Part shown: piece after piece, positions 8,374 through 16,017 of the stretch
Position numbering within the stretch: position 1 is the stretch's first letter
Layout: each line of letters starts with the position of its first letter
Assembly (NCBI GenBank): GCA_040437565.1
Contig: JBDOQK010000070.1
Coordinates: 124,001-146,659, forward strand
DNA from: Albugo candida
Lineage: Eukaryota
Length of the DNA: 22,659 nt
Direction of reading: 5' to 3'
The notes under the pieces: generated by a model
Told to the model about the DNA's origin: nothing
The model's database searches: none
Seen by the model: only the letters and a program-made list of their open reading frames with translations
Translations under genes and position numbers: made by a program

Positions 8374-11220
8374 TCAGACCGTATTGATATTGCTGGTCGG
8401 GAACGCTGCAAAAATGCCTTCAAAAGAATCCCGACAGTTCTTAAATGTCTTGCTCCCCCACAAACGGGTGTAATACAATTCTTCACGCCAACAAGACTTT
8501 AAAAGCCCAAGAATTTGATGTATGTACTGCGAGACGAAAGCAACATTCCACTGGATTGGTGTGAATTTAGAGAGAAAGATATCTGCAAAAAATATGGTGA
8601 TCTGCTCGAAGAAACCATACATTTCAAATTCCATATTCACGTAGTCATCATCTGACACGTTCTTACCATCAGAATTTATCGAAATTCTGGCTGCAACGTC
8701 ATTCTCAAGTGCCGAAATGGAGTGAGGCAGTAGATCTTCAAGGACACGTAGGTAAAAGTCATCCACGAATAGTTTCCAGACTTTCGAAGTGCGGATAGAG
8801 TGAGCCACATCGGAAGAGCTTCGTTCAACCTCAGTTGTGGCATCATTTACAGATGTGGTATCCCCAGCAATGCCTGCTACTGCTTGCGTAATAATAAGCC
8901 GAAATTCGCACAAGAAGAACTTGTCATTGACAATTCCACGATCTTCAATTTGCAGCAAGTGCTTTAAAATTGTGGCGCCAACATCGTAATTAGATTTGTT
9001 TTGAATGAGATGCACAATGAATCGCTTCGAGATATCACGGATGGTCGGGCTAGATTGAAGCAATGGATACCATAGACTCGAATCCAAAAAATCATTGGAA
9101 GTTGATGTAATTGACTCAAATGTGCGATCGTTCCCTACACGGTCTTGGATTTTGATAACGCGAGCAATCATAGGCAAAAACACACGCATAACAATTAGGC
9201 TCGGGGCCCTAACTTGGTAATCATGTTTACGTTGCTTCCGACGTATTGTTGCGAAGTTGCCGAGCTGCAGTAGCTGAATGCAGCTCTTGCAAACAAGACT
9301 ATCTGTTGGGAGCTGTTTCTGTTGCCAACAACGATTGAGTTCACGGAAAATGGCTTCACATAAGGCATTCCTTACAAGTGGATCACACATAACCATTGCA
9401 ATGTCGAATAAGGATGGTTCACAAGTTTGCTCAGCAATCATCCCGATGTTGGAGCTGAGATCTTGATGAGGTACAGCACAACTTGATAAATATTCCAGTG
9501 TAGTTTCAATACCCATGACTTTTCTCCGTTTGGTAACTTCAAAACGCAATGGGACCCCTTTCATTATCTGAGTGCTGCGGTCTATCAATTCAGAGCCACG
9601 TTTACCGACACGCTTTCCCTCTTTATAGTAAATTGTGGTATCCGAATTGAAGAAGAGACAATTTTCAATCATCAGATCGAAATCTTTCCGAAGTGATTCT
9701 GCACTTTGATACTGACCATCCGCTGCTTTTCTTCGCATGGTGTATAGATCCATCGGATTTTGTACAGTTTTGTGATAATTGGGAACTGTGTCGGGAACCG
9801 GATCAGCAAATATGCGATGATGGTCAATTTTTGATATCTTTTCAACTAAAGAAGTCATTGAGCTGGGTGAAGGAGCGCTCCGTATGAGCTCGAAATAATC
9901 GTCTTCGTCGATATAGTCGGTGTTGTAAGTCCGAGTCTTTTGAGATGATGGTGATTCTTCCGACTTAAGCTCTTTGATAGCATTCTGGATATCAAGTAAT
10001 TGCTGGTCGTCGATTCTAGCTTCTTCAGTGTGGACCCGCAATAATCTGTCCAAATTCCAGGAGAATTTATGAATAGGTTCAGCCTTTGCCCCGAGTTTGT
10101 CTCGATTCAAGTTAGAAACATCGAATCGCATCGCGCCTAAAAACGGTAGATATTCCTTACTTGCTTTCGCGTGTAGATCTTTGCCAAGAGATTTTACGGT
10201 TTTAATACGTTCTTTCCAAATTTTCAAAGTATCAAGATACAGTTGCCTCGAATCAACAATCATATCCATGAGTTGTGATAATGCTTTACTCGATTTTCGG
10301 CGTTCTTCGAAAGAGAAGTGCGCTTTTCTGCTCACCAACCGACTTCCTCCGTTCGATTCAATTGCATGGATATGATCAACGCACAAGCTTTCCACGTATT
10401 GAGTCATGTCGAACAGTGTGTGTGTTTGATTTTGGTTTTGATTGCGTCGGGTCAGTAAAAGAGTGTTCCATTCACTGATATACTCATTTATGATTGCATT
10501 TACAAACTCCCTCCACTGATTCATGTCAACATGCATGATCTTACGACGAACAACTACTGGAAGTTCTGCCAGTAATTTCCGATTCTCTGTTAATTGATGC
10601 AGAAATATTGGTGGTGTGTACTCCTGACGTGACAATATTGCAATGACAAGAGACCGTAGCTCACGAAATTCAATGTAAGGAAATGTTTTGTCTAATAGTG
10701 ACTGCAGTTGTTGTTCGTCCAATTGATTTATGCGCAAGTGTAGCTCATTGAGTAATTTCTGCAACAAGTACGTGTAAGCTTCCGATTTGGAAACTTGTAA
10801 AAGGCTGAGGAGATGTATGGCTGGAAGAAGCGGTTGCCGATCAAATGCATCGACATTCGATTCGTTGTCTGTATTTCCTTCAGTATGTTCGTTTGCACGC
10901 TTGTAAGCTTCCTGCGTGTCATTTGTGCATACTTTCAGTTTTCGCGATGAATGAAGGGGAGGTATACCATAAGACTTTTGAAACTGCAATATTGCGTCGC
11001 CCGGATCTGGTGCGGTGCTCAGCAACTCTTTCAATTTGATGGCTCCTTGCGCACCTAGAAGAAGTTTGGAGATATCAATGCTGGCAGCAGCACCAGCCTT
11101 GGTTCTATACGAATTAGAGTGCCTTTTTCTATCCTTATTGGCATTGATAAATTGAGGTGAGGGAATGACGTCAATTGGTAGTTTGAGCTTTAGTTTGATG
11201 CCTTCGTTCTTAGCGGACAT
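8374..11220 (-). CDS. NELFB: Negative elongation factor B (COBRA1/NELF-B)-like protein with an internal bromodomain; 948 aa from the first ATG, no introns needed
   Basis: The ORF track starts at a TTG (11280); the first ATG is at 11220 (MSAKNEG). NELF-B-like blocks: DPGDAILQFQKSYGI, LLDKTFPYIEFRELRSLVIAIL, PVVVRRKIM, ERRKSSKALSQLMDMI..RQLY, EPIHKFSWNLD, and after the insert LFDIAMVMCDPL..LPTDS..IQLLQLG. Bromodomain at about 9858-9580: IFADPV..PNYHKTVQNPMDL..Y.S...LRKDFDLMIENCLFFN. Confidence 0.85.
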   Translation of the reverse strand: MSAKNEGIKLKLKLPIDVIPSPQFINANKDRKRHSNSYRTKAGAAASIDISKLLLGAQGAIKLKELLSTAPDPGDAILQFQKSYGIPPLHSSRKLKVCTNDTQEAYKRANEHTEGNTDNESNVDAFDRQPLLPAIHLLSLLQVSKSEAYTYLLQKLLNELHLRINQLDEQQLQSLLDKTFPYIEFRELRSLVIAILSRQEYTPPIFLHQLTENRKLLAELPVVVRRKIMHVDMNQWREFVNAIINEYISEWNTLLLTRRNQNQNQTHTLFDMTQYVESLCVDHIHAIESNGGSRLVSRKAHFSFEERRKSSKALSQLMDMIVDSRQLYLDTLKIWKERIKTVKSLGKDLHAKASKEYLPFLGAMRFDVSNLNRDKLGAKAEPIHKFSWNLDRLLRVHTEEARIDDQQLLDIQNAIKELKSEESPSSQKTRTYNTDYIDEDDYFELIRSAPSPSSMTSLVEKISKIDHHRIFADPVPDTVPNYHKTVQNPMDLYTMRRKAADGQYQSAESLRKDFDLMIENCLFFNSDTTIYYKEGKRVGKRGSELIDRSTQIMKGVPLRFEVTKRRKVMGIETTLEYLSSCAVPHQDLSSNIGMIAEQTCEPSLFDIAMVMCDPLVRNALCEAIFRELNRCWQQKQLPTDSLVCKSCIQLLQLGNFATIRRKQRKHDYQVRAPSLIVMRVFLPMIARVIKIQDRVGNDRTFESITSTSNDFLDSSLWYPLLQSSPTIRDISKRFIVHLIQNKSNYDVGATILKHLLQIEDRGIVNDKFFLCEFRLIITQAVAGIAGDTTSVNDATTEVERSSSDVAHSIRTSKVWKLFVDDFYLRVLEDLLPHSISALENDVAARISINSDGKNVSDDDYVNMEFEMYGFFEQITIFFADIFLSKFTPIQWNVAFVSQYIHQILGLLKSCWREELYYTRLWGSKTFKNCRDSFEGIFAAFPTSNINTV

Positions 11221-11617
11221 AGCGATATATCGCAATAATTTATATATAATATTATGGCGAATAGCCCGCAGCAATTTCAAATCCTATTTTCATTGATGCG
11301 GTTGCTGCTGCCGTGCTTACATCGCTGATGTATCGTTTGTTACGGTAGATTACCATCAGAAAAATACAAAATCTGGCACTGAATTATTCTGCACTCGATA
11401 GGCTGATCTATTACCTCACAGACAAGCAAAGATAATGTGCTTGTTCTTTTAACATAGTTTTACGCTTGTTGAACGATAGAATTAATCGAATGCTAAGTAT
11501 GGCCATCCGCTCTGCAACTAACACTATTTTTGAATGATATGTGCTCTAAAAGAGTAAGCCATTGTGATGTTTAACGTTGTCAGTCAATTGCCACAAAATC
11601 AATCAACGCAAATCATC

Positions 11618-11645
11618 TTTACGTAACTCTTTTACGTAACTCTTT
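11618..11645. repeat. 13-bp tandem duplication (TTTACGTAACTCT x2) containing the palindrome TTACGTAA
   Basis: Copies at 11618-11630 and 11631-11643, in the divergent intergenic region between the NELF-B-like and GLDH genes. Confidence 0.8.
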
Positions 11646-11770
11646 CAGTACCGGCACTTGTTATGCCACCTTCTATTGCTTTATTAATACACAGCGCATC
11701 AAATTCAGTGCTCAGATAAGATTGATTAGCACGACAATTGATTTCAAGTAACAAGGCTATGTAGATGCAA

Positions 11771-11943
11771 TGTCGAGCTCACCCATGCATATCATGTAGA
11801 GATAGTAGATATAATATATATATTATTGATGTCCTAGCGCAAGACCTCGTGGTCGCATGAGACGGTCGATATATAAGAGCATGCAGTAAATAAATAGATC
11901 TAGGACACCCAATAAAAACGGGTTTCCAACAGGCTGTGAGACT
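11771..11943 (+). mobile_element. Possible Copia-type LTR relic (161 bp) with decayed primer-binding site
   Basis: Starts TGTCG (11771) and ends CAACA (11931). Contains TATATAA (11870-11876) then AATAAA (11889, 11911). Directly followed by GGCTGTGAGACT, which matches 8 of 12 nt of GGTTATGAGCCC, the half-tRNA-iMet type PBS. No target-site duplication. Confidence 0.45.
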
Positions 11944-11968
11944 TTGCTCTTTTCGATCCGTGTAGAAC

Positions 11969-13666
11969 ATGTGGCGACGCATATGTACCCGCGCATCTCT
12001 CAAGTATACTCGCTTTCCACGCCTGGAAGTGTTCCGACTGACTTCCTCATCGATAAAATTACAGCAGAAGGCCGCATTATGTAAAAGTACTATGGCTATA
12101 CTTTGTGTTGGGTGTGTGATAGGCAATTGCATATGCCGCACTGAGGAACAAGAAGAAAAGGTAGAACACTTTTTGTCGAATTGGTCGTGTACACACGAAT
12201 GCCAGCCTAGAGCGTTGTATGAGCCAGAAAATGTTGCAGAACTCAAATCAATCCTACAGATTCATCACGCACAAGGGAAGAAGATTCGATGTGTAGGAGC
12301 GGGGATATCTCCAAACGGAATCGGTTTCTCATCAAAAGTGAAGTATCCAAAAGAGGATGTCACTTTGTATCACGAAGACATGGTCTCTGTGGCTTCTCTT
12401 GACAAAGTGCTAAATGTGGACACTTCGAATAACTGCGTTACTGTAGAAACAGGGATCAAGGTGGATTGTCTGCTGGAACATTTACGGTCGCACGGTCTGA
12501 CTCTTAAGAATGTTGCATCTATTCGTGACCAGCAAATTGGTGGATTGCTGCAATCTGGGTGCCACGGTACAGGAGCCAAAATCCCACCTATGGATGCACA
12601 AATAGAGGAAATGATTTTGTTGACACCTGGTGAAGGAGAAATCACTTTAAGCGCTTCAAAACAACCGGAAGTATTTGCTCTTGCGAAATGTGGTCTGGGA
12701 GCTTTGGGAATTTTGACAAAAGTTACTCTTCAGTGTGTCCCGGTGCATTATCTTATTGAGAAGACGATAGTCATCAATGTGGAACAGATACGACAGCATC
12801 ATACTGAATGGCTTACCGAGTTTCAACATCTAAGGTACATGTGGATTCCATACACAGATTGCGCCGTTGTTGTTCAATGCAAGCAAATATCACTCGAAGA
12901 AATGCTAGATTTGGAAAAGTTCAACGCTAAATTTCCATCATCAAGCATAGATATGTCCGAGCGTTTAGCCCCAGCACAAAAACTATATCGAAATTGTTGC
13001 GGTGACAGAGCGGATCCAACGTATACAAATTGGGATTTTTTTACTATGCGTGACCAACTGATCGCACTCGATCCTTTGAATAAGGAACATATCAAGCTTG
13101 TTAACGAAATTGAGATGAAATTCTGGAAGCTTGGAGAGGGCTATCGAATTGGCCTGTCGGACAATATTATTTCCTTTGACTGTGGTGGTCAACAACTAGT
13201 GCACGAAATAGCATTTCCTGTATACGACATGAATGACATTGATTGTGTCGCAGAAATCTTGCAGGAAGTTGATCGAGCCAACATACCCTGTCCTGCACCT
13301 ATTGAACAACGATGGTCTGCGCCAAGTACCTCTTCAATGAGCCCAGCTTCATCGTCGGATCCAAACCAGGTTTTTTGCTGGATCGGCACGATCATGTACT
13401 TACCAACAAGTGAAATAAATTCACGCAAAGCGATCACAAAGCAATTTGGAGAATATAATGAAATTGTGCGGAACGTAAAGGATCGCTATAATGGATTTGA
13501 GCATTGGGCGAAATTAGAGTGGCCAGAAGATGAGGAGAAACGAAGAAAATTACAGGAAAAGTTTCGAGCGCGATATCCATTAGATAGTTTCAGAAAAGCT
13601 CGCGATACTTTGGATCCCAAACATATATTATCGAACGAATTTGTCGATCGTCTGCTGGAGCTTTGA
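11969..13666 (+). CDS. GLDH: L-galactono-1,4-lactone dehydrogenase, mitochondrial (VAO-family flavoprotein), 565 aa
   Basis: Arg/Ser-rich N-terminal presequence. Motifs NWSCTHE..LYEPE, GAGISPNG (no FAD-linking His), NVASIRDQQIGG..GCHGTG, HLRYMWIPYTD, FDCGGQQ, APIEQRW, EHWAK and LDPKHILSN are all typical of plant-type GLDH. Confidence 0.93.
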   Translation: MWRRICTRASLKYTRFPRLEVFRLTSSSIKLQQKAALCKSTMAILCVGCVIGNCICRTEEQEEKVEHFLSNWSCTHECQPRALYEPENVAELKSILQIHHAQGKKIRCVGAGISPNGIGFSSKVKYPKEDVTLYHEDMVSVASLDKVLNVDTSNNCVTVETGIKVDCLLEHLRSHGLTLKNVASIRDQQIGGLLQSGCHGTGAKIPPMDAQIEEMILLTPGEGEITLSASKQPEVFALAKCGLGALGILTKVTLQCVPVHYLIEKTIVINVEQIRQHHTEWLTEFQHLRYMWIPYTDCAVVVQCKQISLEEMLDLEKFNAKFPSSSIDMSERLAPAQKLYRNCCGDRADPTYTNWDFFTMRDQLIALDPLNKEHIKLVNEIEMKFWKLGEGYRIGLSDNIISFDCGGQQLVHEIAFPVYDMNDIDCVAEILQEVDRANIPCPAPIEQRWSAPSTSSMSPASSSDPNQVFCWIGTIMYLPTSEINSRKAITKQFGEYNEIVRNVKDRYNGFEHWAKLEWPEDEEKRRKLQEKFRARYPLDSFRKARDTLDPKHILSNEFVDRLLEL

Positions 13667-13702
13667 TAACCCATTCTGTGATATTCAGTAGTGCTTTTAA
13701 CC

Positions 13703-14555
13703 ATGGATCCAGCTAAGGAATTCACATTTCCAGAATACTATGATTTTCCACCTTTCTTTACGTTGCTCATTAGTTATGCACAGTGAATAGATGGTATATT
13801 GACGTGTAGTTGTTGCAGGCTACAACCTGTTCGAGCCACTCGTGAGAAACAGCTTGGACTATGGAAGCAGCTTATTCTTGATTACCACCAAGCGCGACAT
13901 CTGTCAATCTTCAGCCCACAAACCTCTCCCTTGTTTGCAAATTGCAAAATATCGCGTGAGTGATGCAGAAATGTAAGATTTCGGTTTAATATACACTGAA
14001 TAATATTTTTGCATGGAAACTGGAATGCGAACAGGAAAAATGAAAGCAGAAGGTCAAACTGCCATCATAGAGTACTTGATTCAATGTGGAAATGCCATTT
14101 GGGAGGATGCCAGTGAAACGCGTTGTCGTCTGATATGGAAGAAACCTGCAGAATGGGCTGCCGAGCTTTATGATTTTGTAAGGAATTCGTTTGCTTGATA
14201 TATGTGAGAGTACTGAGTTATATACCAAGGTCAAAGATCGAGGGATGCTAGGAAAGATTTATACTGTTTACGAGCTGTACGCAGGGGAAGAAACATTAGG
14301 GTCACGTACGAGACAAAGCTTCTCGACTTGACTATTGCTAATCTTACCTTATTGTTTTTTATCATTCCAAACATCCCTGTAGAATTCCACGGAATGGAGC
14401 CATGGTCATTGCGTGACGCTCTCAAGATTCTGGAAGAGCATGGAAAGGTTCGCTTTATTCATGATTGTAAGACGTCTCAACTGGTGGTTCAGGTGGTGCT
14501 GATATCCGGGACGACATGTGAGGAAGATGGTGTCAAGTTTATAGCCGTGGACTAA
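13703..14555 (+). CDS. VPS25: ESCRT-II subunit VPS25; 6 exons, 180 aa
   Basis: Exons 13703-13761, 13819-13955, 14035-14177, 14230-14305, 14383-14447 and 14493-14555 (543 nt) with GT-AG introns of consistent phase. Product: MDPAKEFTFPEYYDFPPFFTLQPVRATREKQLGLWKQLILDY...PLFANCKISRKM...WKKPAEWA...YTVYEL..GEET..QFHGM...LKILEEHGK..GVKF, the Vps25 signature. Confidence 0.93.
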
Positions 14556-16017
14556 GTATACTAATAGCTCAGCCATGCTATATCGCATCTTGAGTGGAAG
14601 AGTGAACTTTAGCTTTCATTTCCGTGATTACATCGTCCTAGCAGAAGTTTTGATCATGGAATCTTATAAATATCAGGCCAGTTCTAAGAAATCAATACCG
14701 GGGTTTTTCTTCGTGGTAGTGTTCATCACCTTTTCCCCCAAAGAGTGCTGATATCGCTTATGTACTTGAATGCCCAAAGACAATGCGGTATTATGACCAC
14801 AATTGGTTGAATGCTCGTTAATCGATAATTTGGAAAGGTGTCATAGACGTGGCATGCTTTCAAATGTGCTTTCTCCTCAATTGACGCAGTTTTGCAAGTA
14901 TTATCGAAAGATCAGAAGTATACAGATTGGCAAGGAACTGAAGCTAAAAATCCTGCTTGGAGTAGTGACCAGAACCGTCAACAATGATAAAACTTTCATA
15001 TACTCCAAAGGTATGCACCGTTGTGTATCGCAAAACGCAAAGAGTTGTGCCTCAAATGGCTGATCATGAAAGAGAGCTGGCACGCGAGCTGATAATATTT
15101 GGAGGCCGTCGTACTATTGTTTGGAATGAATGCGTTTTTTCAACATCTGAAATTGGTATATGCTTATGGTATCGAAAAATGTATTGCGTTATATCACATA
15201 GACATTTTGATGCACTGAGAAAAAGGTTTGGTGGAGATCGATAAGTCCTGATGCGCTGTCTCTACTGATTATCGGATTCACTCAAACAGTGCGTCAGTGC
15301 TCTGTCTTTCAAACTGGAGGAAAACAGTTGTAGAGTCAATTCTAGCACGCTAAGAAGTGTAAAAGTATGCTTCGGTCGTGTATCAATTATTGCTTTAATG
15401 GGGAAAGGATCTGGCATCCAACTACCTACCTGTCGTATGATGGCTGCAGGAATAGTGACCAACGCGTGAGTCACGTACAATAAATATGTGTTTTGTAGCA
15501 TGTCGTTGGTCTCGTTATGTGATAAGCTGACTTCAACATAATAAGTGAGGTTGTCAATGAGCACATCCCATGGTACACCTGGAAATTCTTAGCCAGCAAT
15601 GCTGCGTGACAACAATTTGAATTGTCCGCAATCCCACTTCCTCATCGCTTCGTTATGCTTGTGAGTAGCAGATACCAAGTAGGTGAGAGGTAGTCAAGCA
15701 AGATTTTTGATGAGGATATTTCGTCTATCAAAGTAATAGATGGCACATAACTGCAAAAAATGTCAGTATCATGACAAATGTTCTGATCGCAAGTCATACG
15801 GATCTCGCATTGATAGATAACCAAAGCAAGCTTCAATTATTATTGCTCGCTACATGGTCAAAGAAAGGTCCCCAGACTTGAAGGGAAGACCGTTTATTTA
15901 TTCAGTACTCTATCAAAGTGTCACACGTCAGCACTGTAAAGATTCCATGTCACGACTGGTGCTATGATCCTGATGTACATTTTTAGCGTTTATCTAATTA
16001 TACTCTTTGCATGAGGC

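Noticed and set aside
11221-11280. N-terminal 20 aa of the 968-aa ORF
   Set aside because: It begins at TTG; the first ATG is at 11220, so the extension is probably 5' UTR.
11779-12246. 155-aa minus-strand ORF
   Set aside because: Antisense to GLDH and the putative LTR; no recognisable domain.
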